Assembly: GCF_036321535.1 (NCBI RefSeq)
Contig: NC_087436.1
Coordinates: 79,238,001 to 79,302,000, forward strand
DNA length: 64,000 nt
From: Camelus dromedarius
Taxonomy: Eukaryota
Direction: 5' to 3'
Under the pieces are notes generated by a model. The model did not search any database, had not been told where the DNA came from, and saw only the letters and a program-made list of their open reading frames with translations. A program made the translations under genes and the position numbers. This document shows positions 12,295 to 24,260 of this stretch, piece after piece (positions within the stretch are counted from its first letter, which is position 1; the number at the start of each line of letters is the position of its first letter).

Positions 12295-15200
12295 TTCTTG
12301 AACCAATGTGTCAAAGAATAAATCATAAGGGAAATTAGGAAATATTGAGACAAATGAAAACAAAACCACAACATACAAAAACTTATGAGATGTAGCAAAA
12401 CACAACTAAGAGGGAAATACCTATATTTTAAAAATGAAGAAAGATCTCAGATCAACAAACTAAACTTACACATCTCAGAACTAGAGAAAGAAGAATAAGC
12501 AAAACCCAAAGTTACCAGAAAGAAGGCTTAATAAAGATTAGAGCAAAAATAAATGAAATAGGGAACAGAAAAACAATAGAAGAAAATTAACAAAGTTGAG
12601 TATTTAAAAAGAGATCCATAAAATTTACAAACCTTTAGCTAGAGCAAGAGAAAAAAGAGAAGACTCAAAAAACAAAAATCAGAAATAAAGAGGCGATATT
12701 ACAACTGGTGCCACAGAAATAAAATGGATTATAATAGACTACTTTCAACAATTATATGCTAACAAATTAGATAAGAAATGGATAAATTTCTAGAAACATA
12801 CAACCCAGAAAGACTGAATCATGAAGAAATAAAAGATCTAAATAGACTTCTAATTAGTAAGGAGATTGAATTAGTAATCAAAGACCTCCCAACAGAGAAA
12901 AGCCCAGGACTAAACGGGTTCACTGGAGAATTCTACCAAACATTTAAAGAAGAATTAACACCAATTCTTCTCAAATTCTTCCCCAAAAGAAAGAGAAGGA
13001 AACACTTCCAAATTCATTTTGAGTCCCAGCTTTACCCTGATACCCAAATCAGACAAAAATACAAAAAGAGAAAAATTACAGATCAATATTCTTGATAAAT
13101 ATTGAGGTAAAAATCCTCAACAAAATACTAGCAAACTGAATTAAACAACACATTGAAAGGTTTATACACCATGTCCAAGTGCATTTATCTTTGGAATGCA
13201 AGGATAGTTCAACATACAAAAATCCATTAACATATACACTATTTTAATAGAATGAAGGGAAAACGCAAAAGATTACCTCAATTGATGCAGAAAAAGTGTT
13301 TGACAAAATTCAATACTTTTTCATTCATTGAACAAACCAAGATCAGAAGGAAATTACCTGAATGTAATAAAGGCCATATGTGAAAAGCCCATAGTTAACA
13401 TACTCAATGGTGAAAAACTGAAAGCTTTTCCTCTAAGATCAGGAACAAAGCAAAGATGCCCACTATTACCGCATCTGTTCAACATAGTACTGGATGTCCC
13501 AGCCAGACAATTAAGCAAGATAAAGAAATAAAAGGCATTCAAATTGGAAAAGAAGAAGTAAAATATTTCTATTTCCAGATGACATTATCTTATATGTTGA
13601 AAACTCTAAAGACTCCACCAAAAAACTTAAATCTAATAAACAAATTCAACAACATTGCAGAATACAAAATTAACACACAAATATCTATACACTATTTCTA
13701 TACACTAACAATGAACAATCTGAAAATAAAGTATTAAAAAACAATCCCACTTAAATAGCATCCAAAATAATAAAATGTTTGGAAATAAACTTAACCAAGG
13801 AGTCAAAAGCTTATTCATTGCACACTATGAAATACTGCTGAAAGAAACTTAAAAAGACATAAGTAAATTAAAAGGTATCTCGTGTTCTTATATTGGAAGA
13901 CTTACTATTGTTAAAAGAATACCACCCAAAGCAAGCCACAGATTCAATGCAATCCTCATTAAAATCCCAACAGCAGTTTTTGTGGAAATAGAAAAATCCA
14001 CCCTAAAATTCATATGGGAAATCAAAGGACCGTGAATAGCCAAAACAATCTTGAGAAAGAAAAACAAAACTGTAGGCCTTATGCTTTCTGATTTCAAGAC
14101 ATATTACAAAGTTACAGTAATCAAAACAATATAGTACTGGCATAAAGACAGACACTTAGGCCAATGGAACAGAACAGAGAGCCCAGAAATAAACCCTCAT
14201 ATACATGATCAAATGATCTTTAATACCACAATGGGGAAAAGAAAGTCTCTTCAATAAATGGTGCTGAGAAAACTGGATATACACATTCTTCCAAGAATGA
14301 AGTTGGACCCTTACCTTACACCATAGAAAAAAATTAACTCAAAATGGATTAAAAGCTTTAATGTAAGACCTGAAACTAAATATCCTAGACACAAACATAT
14401 CACACATTATGATATTGTATTTGGGAATGATTTCTCAATATGATGCCAAAAGCATAGGCAACAAAAGTAAAAATAGACAAATGCAAATACATCAAAATTT
14501 AAAACTTCTATTCAGCAAAGGAAACAATCAACAGAGTAAAAAGGCAACTCACAGAACTGGGAGGAAATATTTGCAAATCATAGATCTGATAAGGGGTTAA
14601 TATCCAGAATATATAAAGAACTCCTGCAACTCAACAATAAAAACACAAACAACCCAATTCAAAAATGGGCAAAGGACTTAAATAGACATTTCTCCAAAGA
14701 AGATATACAAATGGCTAACAAGCACATGAAAAGATACTTAACATCACTAATCATCATGGAAATGCAAATATAAACCACAATGTGATACCACCTCACACCC
14801 ATTAATATGGCCATTACCAAAAAGAAAAGAAAGAAAGAGAGAGAGGGGGGAAGGAAGGAAGGAAGGAAATAACAATTGCTGGCAAGGATGTGGAGAAATT
14901 GGAACACTTGCACATTGTTGATGGGAATTTAAAATGGTGAAGCCACTAAGGCAAACAGTATGAAGTTTTGTCAAAAACTTAAAAATAGAACTATTATATG
15001 ATTCAGCAACTCCACTTCTGGGTATGTATCAAAAAAAAAAAAAAAAAAAAACCAAAACCTGAAAACAGGATCTGAAAGAAGTACTTACACATCCATGTTC
15101 ATTGTAGACTATTCACAGTAGCCAAGAAGTGGAAGCAGCCTAGATGTCCTCCGATGGGTGAATGAATAAAGAAAATGCGTCATGTGTGTAACATGAAATA

Positions 15201-15590
15201 TTACTGAGTCTTACAAAAGAAGGAAATCCTCCTGTCATATGGTTTAATGTGGATGAAACTTGAAGATACTGTGCTAAATGAAATAAGCCAATCACAAAAA
15301 GACAAACACTGCGTGGTTCTAGTTACGAGAGGTAACTGACGTGGTCAAATCCATAGAGACAAAGTAGAACGGAGGTTGCCAGGGGCTGGGGGAGAGGGGA
15401 ATGCAGACATTGATTAATCGGTACAGAATTTCAGTTTGGGAAGATGAAAAATTTCTGGAGGTGGATGGTGATGATGTCTGCACAACAATGTGAAGGTATT
15501 TAATGCCACTGAACTGTGCCCTTAAAAATGGTTAAGATGTTGAACTCTATGTTATGTGTACTTCAACACACAGAGCAAGAAATAATAGAC
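12295..15590 (+). mobile_element. Old 5'-truncated L1 (L1MB-like), decayed ORF2 plus 3' UTR
   Basis: ORF2 peptides (MDKFLETYN...SPGLNGFTGEFYQTFKEEL; GEKLKAFPLRSG) broken by stops and frameshifts; L1MB-type 3' UTR at 15350-15570. Confidence 0.92.
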
Positions 15591-16182
15591 ATGAAAAAAT
15601 AGATAGCCCTGAATGTCATTCCCAGAGACCCTGGTTCTGTGAATCCAGGCCCAGGAATACGCATCTTGAGCAGGCAGCTGTGGTGGTATGATTAGGGTAA
15701 ACAAGCAGCTAGAGATACAGGAGGATAGACTCTGACTCATAATCTGGGAAGCCTCTCAAGTGAGCCGCCCTGTGGCGCTCTGGATGATTGAGAGACACTT
15801 CCTGCTGCTCTGCTGATCTACTCAGTTTCACTTTGCTGATATTGTGGTTCAACACAGTTCACTGTGGTTGAATACAACCTGCATGTAAGGCACTGGGCCA
15901 GGATATGGGTGAGGAATACAAAATCCAGTTTTAACCCCAGGGGAGACCATCAAAGATACAGTATAGAAGCAGAAAGCTCAAAGGGCCCCTTGGTGACTTC
16001 CAGCACTTGGACTCACCCCTTCCTCTTCAGGGCAGTGGTGCAATGACGTCCAGCTAGCTCACAGGGTGGTTCTGGAAACAAAATGAGATAAGAAGTGTGA
16101 AAGTGTTTTTATTTCTGTAATCAGCTATTCAGTGTTTACTTTTAGGGCGAGTGTTTAAATCTTGACTCTATAAAGTGTCAAG

Positions 16183-16360
16183 GCAGAAGTTCTCAATCCT
16201 GAGTGCACGTTATTACCTGGGGAATTAAAAAAACATCCCTGTTGACCTCCTCTCCACTGGGAGGGATTCGCATTCAGTTGGTCGGGGGAGTAGCCTGAAC
16301 GTGGGCGTTTTTTAAAAAGCTCTCAGGTGTTTCAACTGGTGGCCAGACTTGAAAGCCACT
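16183..16360. mobile_element. MER5A-like hAT fragment
   Basis: cag..gttctcaa...tttttaaaaagctc.caggtg...ttgaaagccactg signature. Confidence 0.6.
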
Positions 16361-18204
16361 GTGGGGTGAAACACAGAGAAGGGAACAGTGAGTTCAGACT
16401 GGTAGGATGGAAGAGGCTCCCAGAGCTGGTCACATTTGTGCTGGACCTTTGAAGGCTGTGAGAGACTGGGGGAACGATGGCTTTGGACTACGTAACATGT
16501 ATACATGATGTAAAATTCAAAAGTCCAAAAAGATCTATCTTGAAAGATGTATCTTCCTTTCTCTCCTGAACCCCTCCCCTGTTCCCCTCTCTGGGGCGAA
16601 CGACTCTCATCGTTCTTGTTTCTACTACCAGAGATAATTCTTTGCAGTTGCTACTGAGAAACTTGTCAGTTTGGTCAGGGGAAGGGAGAAGATGGGAGCA
16701 GGTATCATCTTCTGTGGCATGACCTTCCACTTGGCACAGAACAGCATCTATGTAGCAATCGCTTGACTGAGGAAGTTCATCTAACAAAATAACAAAAAAG
16801 TGATTTTCAGAGTGGGGCTTTTTTTTTTTTTTTTTTGGAGGGGCAGGCATTGTTCTTTCTTCCTGTCTCAGTACATCCTGAGTAGTTTGATTATTTTGTT
16901 TTGAGCTTTTAATTTTGAGCTCATTGTAGATTTCTCATGGAACTGTAAGAAATATTACAGAAACATCCCATGTCCCCTTGGCCTGAGCGGCTTAACTTTA
17001 ATTTCAGTGCTAATCAAGATACTTCAGATCCAATTCTCTGGTCTGATTTTGAAAAACTATCCGGGACATGAAAGTAAGCTTGCAGGGGAGGGGTGGGGAG
17101 TGGAGAGGAACAAAGTATTTTCAGTTTCCCCTCATTCCCCTCATGGTTGCTGGGAAATCAAAACTAGCATGCTAATGTGCTCACTCCTCCATGGTGACAG
17201 ATGCCCTTTCTTTGTAACATGATCCGTGTGTGGACCAGGCGTACACACACCAGCTGGGACACAGCCTTCTCCAGTGCGATTGAATCAGCAGTTTCTACTT
17301 GCGTCCAGTTCCCAGGTCAGAACCTGCAAGAGGGTTGGACCTGCCTCTTTCAAATCCCACCTTCCTGGTTTTCAGACTCACAGGAACAAACAAATGCAGG
17401 CAGCAAGCCATTCCTGACTCTCTCGGGTTTCCAATTCCTTCTGTTCAGAGAGTTTCACAGATTACACTAGAACAGAGCAGCTGCAGTCTCCCCCCTGCCT
17501 CTTCTGTTGTGCACTGCAGCGGCCTGGAGGAGCAGCTTGTTGGAAAGACCGATCTTCCGTCAATTCTCCTTCCACTATTTACCTGTGTCCTGCGTGGCAG
17601 GTATTCTACTGATGGAACATGTAAGTCATCAGGCTTGAGATTCTGTCAAGGAGAAAATTTTTGAATTATGCATCCTCTCCCAAGGAACGATTTTGACCCC
17701 GCACTAGTTCTTATACTGGCATCATTTGTATTCATACCTCTGGGTACAGTAATACTAGTATGTCACATGGGCTTGTTTGGCTCAGGAGCAGGTGCAGACA
17801 TTGGGCTTCATCGCATATGTTGCTTAAGACAGCTGTGGTATACAACAGGGGGAAAGAATGGAACCAGCCATCGACTAACCCCAGGTTTGTAATTATGTGG
17901 AATATAAAACTATGCTTGTGTGTGAAATTCAGACACTTTCTTTCCTGTATTGAGAATAGCTATCAGCTATTTATTGAGTGCTTAACTTAATCAAGCAGAA
18001 TATTAGTGTTTTATGTGCGTGATCTCATTTAATCCCTACAACACACCTGTGATACACACTATGACTATTTTCATTTTACTGTTGGAGCAACCAGTGCTTG
18101 CAAAAGCGAGGCAACTGCTGATGGCCCCCATGGCTGGTAGGTGAGGCAGGGTATGAACACTGACCTGTCTGGTACTTAATCTATTTGTGCTGTGTACAGC
18201 TAGA

Positions 18205-19080
18205 GAAACATTTGGGTCCCTTCTTAGAATAATGATTTAAATTCATAAAATAGAATACAGTGCATTACAAAGAAAAGCAACTGTGTTGCTTAAGCCACCC
18301 AGTGTTTTAACAGCAGAGTAGATGAATACAATAAGCATCTATGTCAATGGCAAATGTCTCTTGATACATTGGCCTTGCCATATCTGAGTAATAAGAAAAA
18401 AACCACATTTCATTCAATCCATTTTGATATTTTGTTTTGTTAATTACAAGGGGTAAGAAGACTGTTTCACAAAAATGTATTGTTGCAAATGAAATGGCAG
18501 TTTCCATACTTCATTTTACAGAGCAAACACAGGGACCTTCTTGCAAGGAACACCAGAGTTACTTGACCTTTAAAGTACTACTCTATTTGAAATAAGTATT
18601 TTGTCCAAGATCAATAGATCAACATCTTCAGTATAACTTGAAAGAAAATGATCGTAAATTCATGGTCCACTTTGATGCCATTACGATAGAAACACGTTTT
18701 GAGAGAGTTCTAAGTGTTTCCAGATGTTCTCAGCTTTCTCTTTTCAAAGAAATGGACCGAGAATTTTGTAGCTATGAAATAGCAGGGAAGCAATGGACAT
18801 CTCTGGACAACCAGCATCAAATATGGAACCTCTGGGATCATAGCTGCTCAAAAGCTTCTATACACAAAAAGACTGCAACCACAGGTGATCTACCCAGGAG
18901 CCAAAAACCTTAGTAATTTTGAAGTAGTGATGAAAGAAGTGATTTCAAGGTATTTCTAACAACTGAATTGGACATGAAAATATGTGTGATTTCTACCTGT
19001 GGAAATGCGATAGACTCTGTTAAAAACTACTGGGGTTTGTTGCCAACACTCATAATTTAACGAAGTATGAAATTTTATTT
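18205..19080 (-). mobile_element. hAT/Charlie-family DNA transposon remnant
   Basis: Minus-strand peptide SFATIHFCETVFLPLVINKTKYQNGL resembles the Charlie transposase C-terminal motif PFxTxYLCExxFSxxxxxKTKYRNRL. Confidence 0.65.
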
Positions 19081-19292
19081 TTAGATTAGGTAGCTGTGCT
19101 CTCAGCTACTATCTGCACTTCCTTTCCCATGGGTAGAAACTAAGATGATAGAGAACTGTGATCTTAGTTCTCATAGTTAGAAGAACCTAACCACAGCCAC
19201 ACCAAAGGGAATAGACCACAAGTGTATTTCCATCAAAGGATTAATTACCATGAAGGAAAATGTTGATACGCTCCCAGATTTGTGACTTTTCT

Positions 19293-19430
19293 GTTTGTTT
19301 GTGTTTTTTTTTTTTTGAGGGAGTAGATAATTAGGTTTGTTTATTTATTTTAATGGAGTTATTGGGGATTGAACCCAGGACTTCATGCATGCTAAGGTCG
19401 CACTCTACCATCAAGCTATATCCTCCCCTG
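19293..19430 (-). mobile_element. tRNA-Ala-derived SINE (camelid vic-1 type)
   Basis: Reverse complement GGGGAGGATATAGCT...GTCCTGGGTTCAATCCCCA plus A-rich tail; 15-bp TSD ATTTGTGACTTTTCT at 19278-19292 and 19438-19452. Confidence 0.85.
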
Positions 19431-20713
19431 CCCTCAAATTTGTGACTTTTCTAGTTCCAGAGTACAAAGGAGAGTGATCACACCAGGGTTAACCTGAGCA
19501 GTAGCCAGCAAGGGAAGGATGCTTTGTGTATTATAGGGCAAGGTTGGTGTATTATATGAGCAGGGACCTATTAAGACCAGTAGAGACCTTGAGCATGAAG
19601 AGATTTCCTTCCCTTCTATGTAATTAAACTTTAAATCTATTCCAAATCATAAAATAAGTATTAGGTGGTCAAAGTTTTGATTTTTCCTATGATGACAAAT
19701 TTGATGTTTTAAAGGAAATATCTAATTGTCTTACCAAAAATATTTTTTGGATGCCTCTGCTTTAGTACTAGTCAAAATGCATACCCTGTCTATTCAGTAA
19801 CTCAGCACTGGTTAGGATATTGCAAGTGAGGGAAATCTATTTCCATCTTGGAGCCCAATCAAGCTCCATGCCCAAAGGAGCAGATGGCCCCAGTGATGGC
19901 ATCTGGCTGTAGTGTGTCCTCTCCCTGGAGCAGTGGTCTGCTGGGTTGCCAGGACGGGGAGGGCTGACCCAGGAAGATCACACATTACCATGAGGTGCCA
20001 TTCCTGGCATAACAAGGACAAGACCTGTATTTTCCAGACATTATTAAAGGGCACCAGCTTTGTAGAAATCAACAGATAAATGGTACTTAAGTCAAACATT
20101 GAACAATCACATTAAAAAGGACCAAGAAAACCTGCAAATAGTAGTAAGAACTATGAACTAAGGGAACCCACTCAATGCATATGACATAAGCCTAGAATAG
20201 CTTGACAAACACCCCCTTCAAATTTTGGTGGGGCACAGTCAGCAGAATTGGAATCGTTTACATAAGAACATGAGTGTTTCCTTTAGACACTCTAGAAGAC
20301 TAGAGGAAAGGTTCCCACCAGTCCCTCATGGATAAAATACAGATGTGTGCTCTAAAGACAGCACTTCTGAGACTTTTCCACTGATGTACCACTGAGGACA
20401 GAGAGGTGGAAAGGAACCTCTGGGAGATGAGAGGAAATAAGCCAAAGTAGCCTAGCCTATTTTCAGCTACCTAAGTTCAAAATTTCTTTGGAGTTGCATG
20501 CTAGATTAAAAAGTATGTAGATTTTCCATTTTATTCCACTAATGCATCCACAGTTGATGCAGGATAAAAATGTCCTTACACTGAGGACCACCATGTAAAG
20601 TCCTTCCTGTGAGATCTGACCTTTCCTGTCCACTTGGCCCATTTTAGCCTTCTACTGAACATCCCTGGGGAAATCGTTACCCTAACGTTAGGAGCAGGAT
20701 CTTGAGTAAATAG

Positions 20714-20769
20714 TGGAGCTATATACATTTAGAAACTTAATTAAATGGAGCTATATACATTTAGAAACT
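20714..20769. repeat. Direct duplication of a 24-mer
   Basis: TGGAGCTATATACATTTAGAAACT at 20714-20737 and 20746-20769. Confidence 0.9.
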
Positions 20770-20864
20770 CTTGATAAATCTTTTTGTTACTTTCATAAAG
20801 AAATTAAAGCACCCCTCCTGGAATTACATCCGTGCAAGGTAAGCAGACATCTGCATGGAGGCTT

Positions 20865-21235
20865 ATGGTGATTTTAAGATATGTCTACAAATTCATTGAT
20901 ACTCTTCCCTTCAAAATATGGAGCCCAATTTACCTTCCTTTAAATGTGGGCCAGACTTAGTGACTTGCTTCTAACAAGTAGAATGTTCTGGAAGGGATGG
21001 GGCATGACTAAGCTAAGCCATAAGAGCCATTGCTGCTTCAGTCTCGCTCTCTGGATCACACACTTGGGGGGAATTGAGTTGCTGTGTTGTGAGGACACTC
21101 CAGCAGCCACATGGAGATACTTCTGTCAACAACCAACACTAATGGGCTGGACAGCGGAGTGAATCATCCTGATAAAGGGATCAGAAAGCCCCAGACGAGC
21201 CTTCAGATGACTGCAGCCCCAACCAACATGTTGGT
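20865..21235 (+). mobile_element. MLT1 (MaLR) LTR fragment
   Basis: acaaattc.ttgatactcttccc...gtgacttgcttc...gccttcagatgactgcagcccc MLT1 signatures. Confidence 0.65.
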
Positions 21236-21348
21236 CGTTGGCTTTGCAGCTGTTGAAACAGAATGAGAAAGATCTTGATGAAATAATAAAGGATAATTTC
21301 CAGATCATATTGTTACATGAAAAAAGCAAGTTCAGAAGAGTGCATCTA

Positions 21349-21843
21349 TTATGCAACCTCTTGTATAAGAAAGAAGGGGACATCATTATCTTTGTATGAA
21401 CAGGTGACACACAGCATGAAAGGCACCTTATGAGTCACCTTATGAATGCCACAAACTGTAATTAAAATTGCCAATAGGTCCAACATCATCATTAGCAAAG
21501 ATTTAAGCCAAGATCCTCTTGAGCCAAACCGTTTTTCTAGTATTTCCCCTAAACTGGGAAGGGAATTGTTCACAGCAGAAATGGGATTCTTCATATGTGT
21601 CATAAGATAGGTTACATTTGAAAACTCATCAGGTATAAAGATACAGCATTCACTATATATTACAGCACAAGTTCCCCTTTGGGAAGCAGTTAAAACACCT
21701 GGGGCCATGTGATTCTGTAAGACCACTTTTCTCATCATGGAGACTTCTGAACTGAGCAAGCTAATAGCTTGATTATTATCATTCAAAGCTTGCTGAGTAA
21801 ATTTCGTTAGAGCCTCTGTGTTTAAATGACTTGAAATTGTAGG
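21349..21843 (-). pseudogene. Endogenous retroviral (gamma/ERV1-type) env transmembrane-subunit fragment
   Basis: Heptad EALTKFTQQALNDNNQAISLL, ISD-like LQNHMAPGVLTASQRGTC, CX6CC motif (CAVIYSECC) and a hydrophobic anchor (WLKSLLMMMLDLLAILITVC). No SU, furin site or signal peptide. Confidence 0.85.
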
Positions 21844-22091
21844 TCACATCTATAGTTATCCATAAAATAATGTACATATACAGTGCACGTGAGAGGAAAA
21901 TTGGTGTTAGTCCCTCATTGGACAACCTAGAATTGGCTGCCAGTCCTTACTGAACATCCTGCTAGCATGACCCCCAAAATGGAGAGAACTGGGCCATTAG
22001 GACCCAGCATTAAGGGACATGATGGGCCCTGCAGCAGGCAAGCAGCCACCCTAGCTGTGAGGGACCAAATCTGTGATCACCTGATGCTTTC

Positions 22092-22529
22092 TGTTGAAAA
22101 GAGTACTGACCAACAGACGGGAACTGTGAAGTGAAATTCATATTTTACGGCAAGACAAGAAAATTTAAGCATAAAAATTCTTCTCTGCCCTTTGGCCTCC
22201 TCTGCCCCAACTGTGCACTGTATACCTACATTATGCATTGACTCATTGATTCCCCATCTGCAGAAATACCTGCTCAGCCATAAAAAGCGATTTGCCCCTG
22301 GCATCAATAAGACAGCTTCTTAAAGATAACATTCCTCCTTGATCTTGAAAGCATCTCAGGTCTCGATTATGTAAACTAACAATACTATGTCGTTTGATGT
22401 GCAACCCTCTGTCCCAAAACTGTGTCTGGGCATCTGATGGGCAGAACAGTTCTCGGAGCCTTCTGAGTTGCTATTCCCAGGTTCTAATCCTTAAATTTGG
22501 CTCAAAATTTTGATTAATTTTCATCAACA
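22092..22529 (+). mobile_element. ERV1-type LTR
   Basis: Inverted termini TGTTGA...TCAACA, about 440 bp, with LTR-like U5 (agttctc.gagcctt...aatccttaaatttggctcaa). Confidence 0.55.
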
Positions 22530-23667
22530 GTAGGCTAATACAAGACTGGAGTTTTATTCTCTCTGTTAAGAAAACAAAGTTTCCTTCAAATTCTGCTTTT
22601 GATAACAGATTGTGTGAGATTCTTTGTGTTTAAGTGATCTGTATTTGCTTTTGAAATTTTTGGTTCAGTAAGTGTTGTTTAGCAAATTCTAAGAAGTTCT
22701 TTGGACCTTCAGCTAACTTTGAAATGCTTCAGAGGAACTTTGAGGCATCTCAAGTATTAAGTTGATTAGGATCATTTGGTATGTTAAGTCAAAAGTAATC
22801 AGTCATAATTCTAGTTATTGTAACCAAGTCTCTTTATCGATTACATTGAAATCAGGAGTTTAAAAAAAAAAGAGAGAAAGAAACAAAGGGATATTATGGA
22901 GTGTATGCATACACACAGAACACACCATTGTGCCAGTCTCAGCCTGTGAATGGTGAAGCTAGCAGCTAGGAGAGCCTGAAGCACTCACTGGGGCGTATTT
23001 CTTGTGGGGAGCCCTCACAGTCATTTCCTGGACTGGATCTGCAGCCATGCACCCATTTCTGAAGGAGTTGAAGCAAATTGCCTCAAATCTGTAAATGTTG
23101 TGGCTTAAGAATTCACAAAATGGCATTTGAAAAAAGTGTGATAAGAATTGTTAGAAATATAAAGTTATAGGATACTTATTCTTTTAAAATAAAAATTCAA
23201 AATTTCCTCCTGATTAAAATTTTTTTCTAAAAAATATTTAAATTTTGAAATGATATGAAAGAAAAGTTTAATGGCAGATCAGAACCACTTATTAGTCAAA
23301 TGATTCTTTTATGAAAATTAGAGAGGGGCCCTTTCTTCTTAGGAGGGGTTCAGCACTAAGCAAAACTCACAGCTTGACAAAGAAGCAGAGCACAGATTAA
23401 ATTTAGTTACCACTCAGCCCTCAGCTGGTTGCCCTTGGGAAATAAACATTCTGCCCAATATTACAAAAAGATGCTGTTTCAGTGCAGTGTTTTATTAAAT
23501 GTCTGACTTCAGGCAAACAGCTTAGCCCTTCAAAATCCTAGATGTCGCATATTATAGGTGAATGGGTCATCCCTGACCTGTAAGTTCCTTTTTATCTAAA
23601 CACACCATACTCTAAGGGCCACCAGTTTTTTTAAGTGGGAGTTTTCTCAGAAACTTAGAGGAAGAGG

Positions 23668-23786
23668 TGGGGACAGTATAGCTTAGTGGTAGACATGTGC
23701 TTAGTATGCACGAGGTCCTGGGTTCAATCCCTAGTACCTCCAACAAAAATAAATAAATGTAGTTACTTCCCCAACTCCCCCCAAAA
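23668..23786 (+). mobile_element. tRNA-Ala-derived SINE (camelid vic-1 type)
   Basis: GGGGACAGTATAGCTTAGTGGTAGA...GAGGTCCTGGGTTCAATCCCTAGTACCTCCA (A and B boxes) plus AATAAATAAA tail. Confidence 0.85.
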
Positions 23787-23799
23787 GTGGAAGAAGTAA

Positions 23800-24260
23800 G
23801 TACTAAATGCTGGCCACAAGAAGGAACTTGTCAGAGAAGTGGAAGTGACATGAATTCATGGGAAGAGAATGATCAATTTATTTTAGAATTCATGAAGTCA
23901 AAGAGAGTTAGACATGATCAGATAGACATCCTAGACTTCGGTAAGAAGTATCTAAAATTTTTTGATAAATAATAGGACTCCTGGGATAAAGACCCCTAAA
24001 GGTAAGATGACAAGTATTTGGGAGAAGTACTTTGAAATGAAATTCTAAATTTTGCAAACAAGGGTGATCTTGGATAAGAAGAAAAGGAAGAGTTATCTAA
24101 AGAGACATACTTGGCAGCCTAGTAAATTCTCTAGTAAACTCAGATATCAAAGGACATTCACAAAAGATGGAAGATGATTAAATTTCAAGTGTGACCTTGA
24201 ATTGAAAGGCAATTTTTAGGAAGCTCAATCCTCAGAATGATATGATACTTGTAAAAAAAT
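23800..24260 (+). mobile_element. Ancient CR1/L3 LINE ORF2 fragment
   Basis: Frameshifted peptides ELVREVEV, ENDQFILEF, ILDFGK, PW..LKGK, WE...EIL and KRWK follow the order of CR1 ORF2 motifs (SDHxxLEF, LDFRKADF, PW..LKGK, YKKWK). Confidence 0.6.
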
